Positions 35,375 through 44,782 of a stretch of DNA of 64,000 nt are shown in pieces. Below the pieces are notes generated by a model, which was not told the origin of the DNA, made no database searches, and saw nothing but the letters and a program-made list of their open reading frames with translations. This DNA is from a virus, in IMG/VR virus record IMGVR_UViG_3300045988_166195, positions 57,023-121,022 of that record, one strand, 5' to 3'. A program made the position numbers and the translations under genes. The number at the start of each line of letters is the position of its first letter. The first letter of the stretch is position 1.

Positions 35375-37075
35375 TCACTTGGTCATGCCGAGGATACGAG
35401 AGCCCGTGGTGGGATCGATCGTCTTCATGTGGTGAGTGAAATCTATAGCGCTTTGGCGCAAAAATTCGTACCAGTTATCCGGGACAGAGATCGGCACATA
35501 GTACAGATTCTCAGGCACGTCGATGTGGTACGAGCCAGGCCACCATTCGAAGTCGGTGATCACCAGGTTAAGTCGACGCTTGAACGGAGGATTCTCGTTA
35601 ATGAGCTTGTAGATCTGCTCATAGTCCGTACCACCGCTCACCTTAGGCACGGCAGCAAACTGCTTCCACACCTGGGTGATGGAACGGTCCTTGATACGAA
35701 GACGCACAGGCGTTGGCATGACGTGCGAGAAACTCGTGAAGTACAGATCCACGCCCATTCGCTTGGCAAACTGAATGAGCATCTTGATCGTATCCTCGTA
35801 GTTCTCGGTGGAGATAGACCCGGAGGTATCCAGGTAGATGTGGATGTCCGGCATATACTTGCGAGACACAATCTTGCCTGGCTTGTTCGGATCGTTAGGC
35901 TGACGCCTGTTCGCTCGAACAAAGCTCGTGCTGACATTCCTGATGGAATTGAGCGACTGGTTGACCTTAGACATGCGCGTGAGGACACGCATGACCGACT
36001 TGTAAATGTCAACCGGTCGTGTGGGTCGCTTGCGGAACACAACGCGACCGCTACGGCCCGCTTGGTGCTGTGCGTTGGACAAGCTGTTGGCAGCTTGCGC
36101 GGACGCCTTTTGCTGGGCGCGAGCGAGCGCAGTGAGCTTGCTGAGCTGACCGGGCGTGACAAGTTTGACCGGGTTGTGGAGGGACTTCATGATGAGATCC
36201 CACTCAGCGTTGATCTTGCGCATCGACGCCCTGGCATGAGCCTCGACATTGATGAGGACCAACGTACGAGGCAGTGCCAACTCAGCGATGCTGAAGGGCA
36301 GCATGCCGCACGTTTCAGGCGCACCAGGCTGGCTTGGCTGCTGCATGTGGGTCCACGTACTGAGAGCCCACATGAGGATACGTGCGAATGAGTACTCGTT
36401 GAGAGCCTGTGAATCATTTGCTCGCAGAATGAGAGACTCAGTGAGGCCGCTGAGGTCGATCTTGTCAAACTGCTGGAACATCCGGTTATCAGCCGGGGTG
36501 ATGTTCGATGAGATCTTGGCGAGTTCGCCGCGTAGCCACGTCTTGAAGCTGTCGAATTCTGCATCCGTACGGAACCAGAAGCCGACAGTGTGCGGGTGGA
36601 AAGTCCATCCCAAAGACACCAGCAGGAGATCCGTACCGGCATTGCCAGCAAGAACATCCTTGGCCGTAGGCATCACGTCGCTCTGCGTGGTGTACAGAGC
36701 CTTGCTGGGATCAGGCAGCTTACAACGCGCTGCTGCTTGGGTGATGAACACTTCGTCGACAGGCGATGATGCGGACGGAATCCATCGAACAAGGGACTGT
36801 TCGAAGATCACGCGCATGGTGGCCTGCGCGTCTGCGTCGAGAACCTCGCCAACGGCGCGAAGGAGCAGATCGTTGACTCCATCAGAGTCAACATCGCGTC
36901 CGTCGATCGTCAGATCGACATTACCGCCTGGGGTAAGCGGCTCGAAGACGGTCTGCGTGATCATCGTGTCGAGCGTGACGAGGGGTTCGCAATCACCCGT
37001 GAAAGGGGCGATAGGAACATACTGGTCGATATGATTGGGCTTTTGCCCGGTTAGGGTAATGGATGGAGAAGCCAT
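35375..37075 (-). CDS. von Willebrand factor A (vWA, MIDAS) domain protein with ~390-aa N-terminal region of unknown function
   Basis: C-terminal IHIYLDTSGSISTENYEDTIKMLIQFAKRMGVDLYFTSFSH (DxSxS MIDAS). RBS agaaaggggcaccgATG. Overlaps/abuts the MoxR gene upstream. Confidence 0.7.
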   Translation of the reverse strand: MASPSITLTGQKPNHIDQYVPIAPFTGDCEPLVTLDTMITQTVFEPLTPGGNVDLTIDGRDVDSDGVNDLLLRAVGEVLDADAQATMRVIFEQSLVRWIPSASSPVDEVFITQAAARCKLPDPSKALYTTQSDVMPTAKDVLAGNAGTDLLLVSLGWTFHPHTVGFWFRTDAEFDSFKTWLRGELAKISSNITPADNRMFQQFDKIDLSGLTESLILRANDSQALNEYSFARILMWALSTWTHMQQPSQPGAPETCGMLPFSIAELALPRTLVLINVEAHARASMRKINAEWDLIMKSLHNPVKLVTPGQLSKLTALARAQQKASAQAANSLSNAQHQAGRSGRVVFRKRPTRPVDIYKSVMRVLTRMSKVNQSLNSIRNVSTSFVRANRRQPNDPNKPGKIVSRKYMPDIHIYLDTSGSISTENYEDTIKMLIQFAKRMGVDLYFTSFSHVMPTPVRLRIKDRSITQVWKQFAAVPKVSGGTDYEQIYKLINENPPFKRRLNLVITDFEWWPGSYHIDVPENLYYVPISVPDNWYEFLRQSAIDFTHHMKTIDPTTGSRILGMTK

Positions 37076-37176
37076 CGGTGCCCCTTTCTTGAAAACGGGG
37101 GATAAAGCTATATGTGGTCGTGTCCGGCGTAGCCGAAGGAGAATGAAGCGCTACGCCGGACACGATGCTTGTGAAC

Positions 37177-38429
37177 TCAGTCGATGCCCATGGCTGCGAT
37201 GACCGTGTTGATCTTGAGCGCGACGCCATCGCTGAGATGCATGAGAGTTTCGCAGTTCTTCTTATAGAGTGCGCCACTCGACCACAAGACAATGAGATCG
37301 TTGATATGGCTCTGTTCGAGCTTGTCGAGTCGTGCATTCAACGCCTGGATGATCACATGGTTGTCTTCGCGCTCGTACATAGCGAACACGAGGCAACCGG
37401 ATGCGTCGTTGTCGGTCATGGTTGCAACAACCTGGTTGACGGCATCAATGCTGTTCGTCGCGGCCTTCTTGAGCTCGCTATAGATGCGAGGCTTGACAAC
37501 CCGTTGAGCGTTGTTGTTACCAGTACTGCCCTTGCTGAGCTCATCACTGATGACGCCCATCAGCAAGGTGGTGAACGAGGTGTTGCCGGTCATACCTTCG
37601 ATGACCTCCTGAAGATAGGAGACATGTCGACCGTCTCGGGTCGTCGACGGAGTAGCCATGAGACTGGCAACCTCTTCGAACGACAGGACGCCCAGGTACT
37701 GAGAGACGCCGTCGATCGTACGCGGGGTAGCGAACGGTCGGATCTCTTCGGTTCCGTCGAAAAGGTCGAAGACGGACACCGTGGCGTTGTCGTCATCATC
37801 GTCGTCTTGACCATCTGCGACAGCCTGCTCGTTGGTGTTCTTGACGAACACCGTCTCAGGGTGCTTTTCGAGCACAGTCTTCACCCACGGGTGGAGGTTC
37901 TGACCAAGAACCTCGATAAGCGTCGACGCATCAGGCGCGACATTGATGATGGTGAAACGCGAAACAGATGCATCATCCAGAGCAGTGACGTTACCCTTGT
38001 CGTTACCTGCGACAATGATGCGCAGGTTCTTGGGCAAGTCTTCGTCACCGATGCGACGCAGCGTGACAAGCGTGAGAGTACCCGAAGTCACGTCAGACGT
38101 GGTTCGGTTAATCTCATCGAGAAAGAGAATCGGCTGCTCATTCGGGTTCTCCTTGGCGTAATTGATCGCCTGGGAAATAACCGAATGCGGGAAGAACTTC
38201 TGAGACCACACTCCCGTCTTCTCGTCCAGAACAAGGCGTGCGCCCGTTAGGTCAGCTTTATCGGCCAACAGGTTGCAGGGCAAGGTAAAGCACCGGGTGT
38301 TGGTGCGTCGGGCCACGTCCTCGACGAACGAGGACTTGCCGATGCCCGGCTCGCCCATGAGGGCTGGGACGCGGTTGGCGTCCAGTAGCTTGACCGTGGT
38401 GGTGACAAGCAGTTCGTTGAAGAGCATAT
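37177..38429 (-). CDS. MoxR/CbbQ-like AAA+ ATPase (AAA_5)
   Basis: ALMGEPGIGKSSFVEDVAR (Walker A), ILFLDEINRTTSDV (Walker B with Asn), RIIVAGN. Start at ATG 38429 with AGGAGGA RBS; the ORF-track start 38631 is probably too long. Confidence 0.75.
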
Positions 38430-38613
38430 TTCCTCCTGAATAAAATTGGTTGAATAAAGTCATGGAGTCAGACCGCGCCGTGAGGCGGTCTGACTCTCTA
38501 TTTCTTGTCTCGGGTCGTACTTTGTACGACCGTCCATAACTCTCCCGAAAACCCTGGTGTTCCAGTAGAATGGATACATAGCACTGGACATACATAGGAG
38601 AGGTGAGAGAGTT

Positions 38614-39351
38614 ATGCGGGGTTCGCATCATATTGTTGCCGGGTTGGCGATGCTTGGTATCGGGCGTGCTGCCATCTTGATGGGCGAGAGTGCCGATCGT
38701 TCCCAGGTGATACCGTTGATGGATACAGAGTCGATAGAGGATAGCTACGGGGTTATCGGCTCTGTTCGCTCGTGGGTATCGGATGGTTTGGATGCACTAG
38801 GTGGATCCATCGCATCATGGAGTACGTGGATTCATCATCTGTTTGTGAGCGATGATGAGTACTGGTACATCAGCGTCGCAATTGGTATGCCGTTGTTTAT
38901 CATCGGCACTTTGCTGGCTGATGCTGATCTGCCGCACTCATTGATGGGGCGTTTCATGCCATGGGGGACAATATGGCGTCGTCAGAGTGCAAGTGAACCA
39001 GCTACATCACCTATTGCCCACAGAGGCTGGACACACACGCTATGGGTACTGCTCGGAGTGGGAGCTCTTGCCGCAACGGTGGCCCCTGTTCTTGTGTGGT
39101 TGCTTGCAGGTATGGTGACGCATGTTCTGCTCGATGCTATGAGCATGGCTGGCTGGGTGTGGTACTACCCGCTCATGCCGTCTACATGGGATGTCATTGA
39201 GAAGGGTGATACACGCATTGTTGTGTCGATTTGCCAGCGAAGCGTTGTTGGGGATCGTTTGAGGTACCATGCGGGCGTTCCGTGGTTGGAGCACGTGTAC
39301 GTTGCGCTCCTTGTTGCTGGTGGTGTTATCGCAACGTGGTACACGTGGTGA
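38614..39351 (+). CDS. YdjM-like membrane-bound metal-dependent hydrolase (DUF457 family)
   Basis: Multi-TM. MRGSHHIVAGLAMLGI ... THVLLDAMSMAGWVWYYP resembles the YdjM/LexA-regulated inner-membrane hydrolase family. Divergent from the MoxR gene. Confidence 0.55.
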   Translation: MRGSHHIVAGLAMLGIGRAAILMGESADRSQVIPLMDTESIEDSYGVIGSVRSWVSDGLDALGGSIASWSTWIHHLFVSDDEYWYISVAIGMPLFIIGTLLADADLPHSLMGRFMPWGTIWRRQSASEPATSPIAHRGWTHTLWVLLGVGALAATVAPVLVWLLAGMVTHVLLDAMSMAGWVWYYPLMPSTWDVIEKGDTRIVVSICQRSVVGDRLRYHAGVPWLEHVYVALLVAGGVIATWYTW

Positions 39352-39392
39352 TGCGCAGCAGGCTCTAGGTGTAGTCCCAGAGCCTGCTGTTT

Positions 39393-39836
39393 TCAGTCTG
39401 CGCTGTCTGCGTTATCTGTATTGGTGGCTGCTTCGATGACACAGTCGACAATCCTGTCGCACATTTCGTTGAAGAGCTCCCATACTCGTTTGCCATCAGT
39501 CGATGAGATGAGGGCATTGAGTTTACCGCTGTCGTTCACACCCTTGATGCGTTCATATGCATCGAAAATGCGATCGTTATCAGGATCGCTATCGCTGAGT
39601 GTATTGATGAGAGTCTTGAACTTTTCACGGATAACCGAGGCGTCAATGATGATGCCTCGGGTGTCTTCTTCAGGCTGAAGATCATACGCATCGTAATCGA
39701 TTTGGTACCAAAAACCGTAGTCTTCGTCATAACTGAGTCGTTCGCTCAAGACTTGTTCAGCATGATCAATGTCGTCAGTGATGACAGTGACAATGTTGTT
39801 GTAACGATGCATTTCTTTGTCGTTGGGCTCGGTCAT
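39393..39836 (-). CDS. Hypothetical acidic 147-aa protein
   Basis: ORF with plausible RBS. No motif. Confidence 0.45.
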   Translation of the reverse strand: MTEPNDKEMHRYNNIVTVITDDIDHAEQVLSERLSYDEDYGFWYQIDYDAYDLQPEEDTRGIIIDASVIREKFKTLINTLSDSDPDNDRIFDAYERIKGVNDSGKLNALISSTDGKRVWELFNEMCDRIVDCVIEAATNTDNADSAD

Positions 39837-39864
39837 TTATGGGGATCCTTTTCTTTGTGGAGAT

Positions 39865-40452
39865 TTAAGCGATTGGGCGCAACATGTCACGAATACCGCA
39901 GATGAGTGCAGCCAAGCCATCAATGTCGTCAGCGTCTCGGTTGTAGGTTAGATGTCGCGTGTCTGTTCCATGGGACAGGTAAAGATCACCGAGAGCGCGA
40001 GAGCAATGCTCGATCATCACGTAGTCGCAATCATCGGACAGTGAACAGTCGATGTCATCGATCCCAGGGATAGTGTTGAGAAGATTGATGGTATCTCGGA
40101 TGCAGTCCTTGAGATTGAGAGTGTCCATGTAAGATTGCAACTTTTCAGCGAATTCATCGATGCCGTTTACGAGGTCGGGATGATTGTGCGCAAGTTCCTT
40201 GAGCACGCTGATCATGTTGTGCTGATCGGCATCCATGAAGCTCTGGGGGTACACCTTGGCTTCGCGCACAGACAGCAGGTTTGATGGATGGGTCGCTGTG
40301 CTGGTGTGGCGGAAATGGTCACAGTTGATAAGAGCTTTGACCAATGTCGGAGCTTCAACAGTGTGACTCTTCGGGATGTATCTGCCAAGATTGTCATCGT
40401 ACTGATCAATGACAATGATGTACTGTTTGTTCTTTCGTTCGGAAAGCAACAT
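39865..40452 (-). CDS. Hypothetical 195-aa protein
   Basis: RBS aaagaggtacaacATG. No motif. Confidence 0.45.
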   Translation of the reverse strand: MLLSERKNKQYIIVIDQYDDNLGRYIPKSHTVEAPTLVKALINCDHFRHTSTATHPSNLLSVREAKVYPQSFMDADQHNMISVLKELAHNHPDLVNGIDEFAEKLQSYMDTLNLKDCIRDTINLLNTIPGIDDIDCSLSDDCDYVMIEHCSRALGDLYLSHGTDTRHLTYNRDADDIDGLAALICGIRDMLRPIA

Positions 40453-40483
40453 GTTGTACCTCTTTTCGGGGGTTTAGCTGGGA

Positions 40484-41503
40484 TTATTCAGTCGTTTCTC
40501 GTGTTGTCACAACACGGGTAGCGAGATTAAGCAACAACGGCATGTCACTGCGGGTCTCATCGTGTTTTGCACGATGCTCCAGATAATGATTAAGCGTCTC
40601 GTAGATCAGCCATGACGCGGCCTCGCTGTCGACAATGATGTTATTCATGGGGATGCTCTCTCCAGAAGACAGGCTGATGGTTTGGGGGCTGACTCGCAAC
40701 TGAAGCAAGTTGTTGTAAGCGTATTGGGCGTATGCCCATTCGTAACGAGAATGATCATGCTCGAAGTTGTCAAGTGTGCGACCAAAAAAGCGCGAACGAG
40801 CAATGAGAGTACGGAGAACCGGTTCATACCAATCGTGTTCTGGTCGCTTATCGGTGTTGATACTGTCGTATGTGACGACTGGTGCGTTGTTTGCATCTTC
40901 TGCGACGGATCGCCACACTTGGTCCCAGAGATCCTGATCGACAGTTGTTGAGACAGGCATCGGGGTGGGGTTGCGCGTGTATGTGACGAAGTGGTTAGAC
41001 TGCAAGATCTCCCACCACCCGTGCGGACCTTTGAGAACTGCCTTGCTCACTGCAACAGTCAGTTCATTGAACGATGGGGGCAAGGGGAGAAGCAAGTGAT
41101 AGCCCTTGCCGGACAAAGATGTTTCAGCGTACAGAGCGCCGATCGTAAGAAGGCTGTCTCGTACGTCGGCGGGGCATGTCTTCTCGATGTCGAGAACGAC
41201 GCAACCCTGGGAAGGTGCGTCGACGAACATGGCGCAGTTGGCGGCGGTGGGGAGCCCTGCGGTTAGCTCATCGAGAGTGACGAGCACGCGTTCATCGCGT
41301 GCCCATGCGCCGCGCACAGGGCCTGGATGTGTACATCCAGAGCAGCCGTTCAGCAAATGACGCATGTCGATCGGCATCTTGGAGGTTGGATCGGAAACGG
41401 TCCAGATGGCACGAGGGCCAAGAACGTGTTGGATGATCTCGTTGTTGTAGAAGTGGGGGAATGCGACCCGTGGGTCAAAGGTGTCAGTTGAAGACACGGT
41501 CAT
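40484..41503 (-). CDS. Primase-polymerase (PrimPol / archaeo-eukaryotic primase superfamily) domain protein
   Basis: CVVLDIEKT (DxD/DxE catalytic motif), SGKGYHLLLPL (the conserved sGxGyHhy motif of PrimPol). RBS gaaagggctcaccATG. Confidence 0.5.
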   Translation of the reverse strand: MTVSSTDTFDPRVAFPHFYNNEIIQHVLGPRAIWTVSDPTSKMPIDMRHLLNGCSGCTHPGPVRGAWARDERVLVTLDELTAGLPTAANCAMFVDAPSQGCVVLDIEKTCPADVRDSLLTIGALYAETSLSGKGYHLLLPLPPSFNELTVAVSKAVLKGPHGWWEILQSNHFVTYTRNPTPMPVSTTVDQDLWDQVWRSVAEDANNAPVVTYDSINTDKRPEHDWYEPVLRTLIARSRFFGRTLDNFEHDHSRYEWAYAQYAYNNLLQLRVSPQTISLSSGESIPMNNIIVDSEAASWLIYETLNHYLEHRAKHDETRSDMPLLLNLATRVVTTRETTE

Positions 41504-41634
41504 GGTGAGCCCTTTCGTGTCGACATGTGATGTGGGTGAAAGATGGGAAAGACGGGAGGAACGATGAGACGGATGCTGCTATTACTGCGTGGTGCAGTGT
41601 GGGAGCAGCATCCGTCTCAATCATGTGTCACTGG

Positions 41635-42675
41635 TCAGATAGCCCAGGGGCTATCGACAGATGCCTCAGGAGCAACCGGCTGAGGCTGGGCCTCAGGGGT
41701 CACGCCGAAGGCAGACGCGGGGTCGGCCTGAACGGGAGCCTGCTGCTGCGCGACAGCGTTGAGAAGCTGTGCGGCCTGCGGGTTAGGCGTAGCCGGAGCA
41801 ACAGCTGGAACCACAGGAACAGCGGGCGCAACGGGCGCGACAGCCTGGGTCACCGGGGCAGGCATTGCCAGCCCCGAAATTGCGTCGACCACCGTGTTCT
41901 GAGGCGCAGCCTGCTGAACGGCGGGAACAACCGGAACCGCAGGGGCGACAGGTGCCTGAACCGGTGCGACAGGCTGAGCAACAGCTGGAGCCACAGGAGC
42001 GGCGACGGGCGCGGCAACCTGCTGAGCAGGCTCGTTCATGACAACGCCTTCCTGAGCGACGATCGGGCCGCTCAGCGTGATGCCGAGAGCCGCGAGTGCG
42101 TTGTTGTTGACAGCAGAATTGCCACCGGAGAACCACTCGGGCTCGCCATCGAAGATGATGGTCTGAAGGCCGATGCCGTTGTTGGCGTTCATACCAGACG
42201 AGTAGACGTTGAGAACAACGGTGACGAGCTGATCTCGTGCTGGCTCCGTTGGCATCGACATGGTCGACGCAGGGATCTCATTGTCTGTAATCTGCACAGC
42301 CTTGCCGTTGACAACCTTGAGAAGAACCGGCAAGCGGTTCCCCTTGTTGTCAATGCTCCAACGATTGCCTAGTTCGGGCTTATCGGGAGTTTGGAACAAA
42401 CGCTCATAGACGTAGTACTCTTCCAGATCAGGCTTGCCATCGGGACTCTTGAAGACGACTTCAACGTTGGATAGCGAGAGTCGCGTGAGCGGCTTGTTGC
42501 GGTCCAGCGGGTAGAACGGTGCACCGGGCTTGCGATTAGCGCGACGGGTCTCGTTGAGCTTGTCGATGTCTTCAGGTCCCATGAGACTGCGCACACGGGC
42601 GTATTCGATCTTGCCTCGTAGGATGATCGTAGAACCAGGGCGGATCTGCGATGCGGTAATTTGGTGAGTAGCCAT
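41635..42675 (-). CDS. Hypothetical protein: N-terminal ~200-aa globular domain (possible OB-fold ssDNA-binding protein) + Pro/Ala/Val-rich low-complexity C-terminal half
   Basis: RBS gaaggagaccaaaacATG. PAV repeats (APVAAPVAPAVAQPVAPVQAPVAPAVPVVPAV). The function assignment is a guess. Confidence 0.5.
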   Translation of the reverse strand: MATHQITASQIRPGSTIILRGKIEYARVRSLMGPEDIDKLNETRRANRKPGAPFYPLDRNKPLTRLSLSNVEVVFKSPDGKPDLEEYYVYERLFQTPDKPELGNRWSIDNKGNRLPVLLKVVNGKAVQITDNEIPASTMSMPTEPARDQLVTVVLNVYSSGMNANNGIGLQTIIFDGEPEWFSGGNSAVNNNALAALGITLSGPIVAQEGVVMNEPAQQVAAPVAAPVAPAVAQPVAPVQAPVAPAVPVVPAVQQAAPQNTVVDAISGLAMPAPVTQAVAPVAPAVPVVPAVAPATPNPQAAQLLNAVAQQQAPVQADPASAFGVTPEAQPQPVAPEASVDSPWAI

Positions 42676-42813
42676 GTTTTGGTCTCCTTCGTGTTATGTA
42701 TGCGGATTGGATTATCCTGCTACACCAGTATAATCCATCCTTTCCTGGCGTATGCGTGTATGATTGTTTGTGAGAGAATCTCACGTACACGTAACATCAG
42801 AAAGGAGGGTGTC

Positions 42814-43299
42814 ATGGGAGAGGATAAGAAGAGTGTTTCTTCAGTGAAGAACCCCAATGCGGTATTCGTCGCATTGGGCGTTGTCGCCATGGTGATCTTG
42901 GCTGCTTTGCTGGCTGCGTGGTCCCACATTGGGTACAACCGACCAGCAACACTTGCTCAATCTGACCATCAAGTTTCTTCTCAATCGCCCTCGGGACGCG
43001 GTAGCGTCTCCGAGAATCAACAATCGGGTGTACCACCGGTGAAACCGGTGGACACTCAGAATCCGTCTGAAACGCCAGGGGATGAGAAAGATCCGGTTCC
43101 CCCGGCGGTTCAGCCTGTCGATGGTAGCAATGTCAACGATGGCAGGGATGCCAGCGTTTACATTGTGCAGCCGGGAGATACGTTGTCGAGCATCTCGGCG
43201 GCGACAGGCGTGAGTGTCGACAAGATCGCCCAGGCTAATAGCCTCATCGATGTCAATTGCATCTACAAGGATTCGGCCCTGGTGATCCCATCGTCTTGA
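42814..43299 (+). CDS. Membrane-anchored LysM-domain protein
   Basis: N-terminal TM (AVFVALGVVAMVILAALLAAW). C-terminal LysM (YIVQPGDTLSSISAATGVSVDKIAQANSL). RBS gaaaggagggtgtcATG. Confidence 0.7.
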   Translation: MGEDKKSVSSVKNPNAVFVALGVVAMVILAALLAAWSHIGYNRPATLAQSDHQVSSQSPSGRGSVSENQQSGVPPVKPVDTQNPSETPGDEKDPVPPAVQPVDGSNVNDGRDASVYIVQPGDTLSSISAATGVSVDKIAQANSLIDVNCIYKDSALVIPSS

Positions 43300-43353
43300 T
43301 GAGATTGTCACTGCCCACTTACTAACACCCAGCCATACGGCTGGGTGTTAGTT

Positions 43354-44685
43354 TTATGCACCCTCATGAGTATCAATCTGGGTGAGACTGTCGATTGCTT
43401 GCAGTCGACGAGCGATGACTGTTTCATGGCCGATACCATCACCGTCGAGACGAAAGACTTTTGCATCTGGTTGACCAATGAGATCATCAGGCAGATACGT
43501 CTGCGCCACGACATGATGGGGGTAATCATGGGGATACTTGTATCCCACACCGTTGCCGTATAGCTTCTTCGCGTCTTGGTAGTGAGCGTCGGCCAGATGC
43601 TTAGGCACAGGCAATGAGCCTGTGGTTCGCACCAGCTTGATTGCTCGATCGATCGCCTGGTAGGTAGCGTTCGACTTAGGTGCAGTGGCGATTGCAAGTG
43701 CTGCCTCAGCCAGCGGGATGCGAGCTTCTGGTAGTCCGATGAGTGCGACGCATTGCTGTGCAGCGACGGCCAAGGGTAGTACAGATGGGTCTGCAAGGCC
43801 CACGTCCTCGGCTGCGTGAATGACGATTCGTCTCGCGATGAATCTGGGGTCTTCGCCTCCTTCGATGAGTCTGGCCAACCAGTACAACGTTGCGTCGGGA
43901 TCGGAGCCCCTCATGGACTTGATGAAAGCAGACACGATGTTGTAGTGCTGGTCCCCATCGCGGTCGTAACGTTGGATAGCGTGTGGCGCAAGAGATGTCA
44001 GCATGTCGATCGTGGCTGGTTGATCGCCACGCACGGCATCGAGAGTTTCCAAGAGCGTGAGCGCTTGCCGGGCATCGCCCGATGCATTCATCGCGATGGT
44101 GCGACAAACGTCATCGGGGATGTGTACGTCTTGTGGATCGTGGCCTAGTCCATCTGGATGATGAATGGCCCGCTGGAGGATCTTGTAGATGTCGTCATCG
44201 GTGAGCGTCGACAGGGTAACGACAACGCACCGGGACAAGAGTGCGCTGTTGACAGAGAAGCTAGGATTCTCTGTCGTCGCACCAACGAGACGGATCACGC
44301 CGTGTTCGACACCAGGGAGCAGCACATCTTGCTGCGACTTGGAGAACCGATGGATCTCGTCGATGAAGACGATCGTTGGTGTACCGTCTGCGTCCAGATG
44401 ATGCTGCGCGTCGGTGAGAACCTTGCGAACATCGGACACCTTGGCTGATGTTGCTGATAATTCAACAAAGTGAATTCCGGCTGTTTCAGCCATGATGCGA
44501 GCGATCGTTGTCTTTCCACTCGCTGGAGGGGCGTACATGATGACGCTGACAGGCGGTGCGGATGCATCGAGCATGTGGCGAATGATGGATCCTTCGCCTA
44601 ATGCAGCGTCCTGGCCAATAACGTCATCGATCGATGTTGGTCGAACTCTGACAGCTAGGGGCTGTCTGGTTTGAGGTTGGCTCAT
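43354..44685 (-). CDS. rarA: RarA/MgsA (WRNIP1-like) replication-associated recombination AAA+ ATPase
   Basis: LAVRVRPTSIDDVIGQDAAL ... MYAPPASGKTTIARIMA ... IVFIDEIHRFSKSQQDVLLP ... LVGATTENPSF. ~440 aa, typical of RarA. Start ATG 44685 with GAAAGAGGTG RBS. Confidence 0.75.
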   Translation of the reverse strand: MSQPQTRQPLAVRVRPTSIDDVIGQDAALGEGSIIRHMLDASAPPVSVIMYAPPASGKTTIARIMAETAGIHFVELSATSAKVSDVRKVLTDAQHHLDADGTPTIVFIDEIHRFSKSQQDVLLPGVEHGVIRLVGATTENPSFSVNSALLSRCVVVTLSTLTDDDIYKILQRAIHHPDGLGHDPQDVHIPDDVCRTIAMNASGDARQALTLLETLDAVRGDQPATIDMLTSLAPHAIQRYDRDGDQHYNIVSAFIKSMRGSDPDATLYWLARLIEGGEDPRFIARRIVIHAAEDVGLADPSVLPLAVAAQQCVALIGLPEARIPLAEAALAIATAPKSNATYQAIDRAIKLVRTTGSLPVPKHLADAHYQDAKKLYGNGVGYKYPHDYPHHVVAQTYLPDDLIGQPDAKVFRLDGDGIGHETVIARRLQAIDSLTQIDTHEGA

Positions 44686-44782
44686 GGTGATCACCTCTTT
44701 CTCGTTGATATGGGGACGCAACGGCCCAGATTTGCTTGAGTGGTTATCCAGGCCGTTGCGTGAATGCGATGGGGCTATGTCA

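Noticed and set aside
38430-38631. ORF-track start of the MoxR gene at 38631, adding 67 N-terminal residues.
   Set aside because: An internal ATG at 38429 has a perfect AGGAGGA RBS plus the conserved TTTATTCAA upstream motif. The longer start would overlap the divergent YdjM-like gene's start region.
43354-44721. Taking RarA as evidence that the window is chromosomal rather than a mobile element.
   Set aside because: A single housekeeping-like gene is flanked on both sides by element-type genes (SNF2, PolB, PrimPol). RarA homologues are occasionally element-borne, so the evidence is insufficient to call a chromosome junction.
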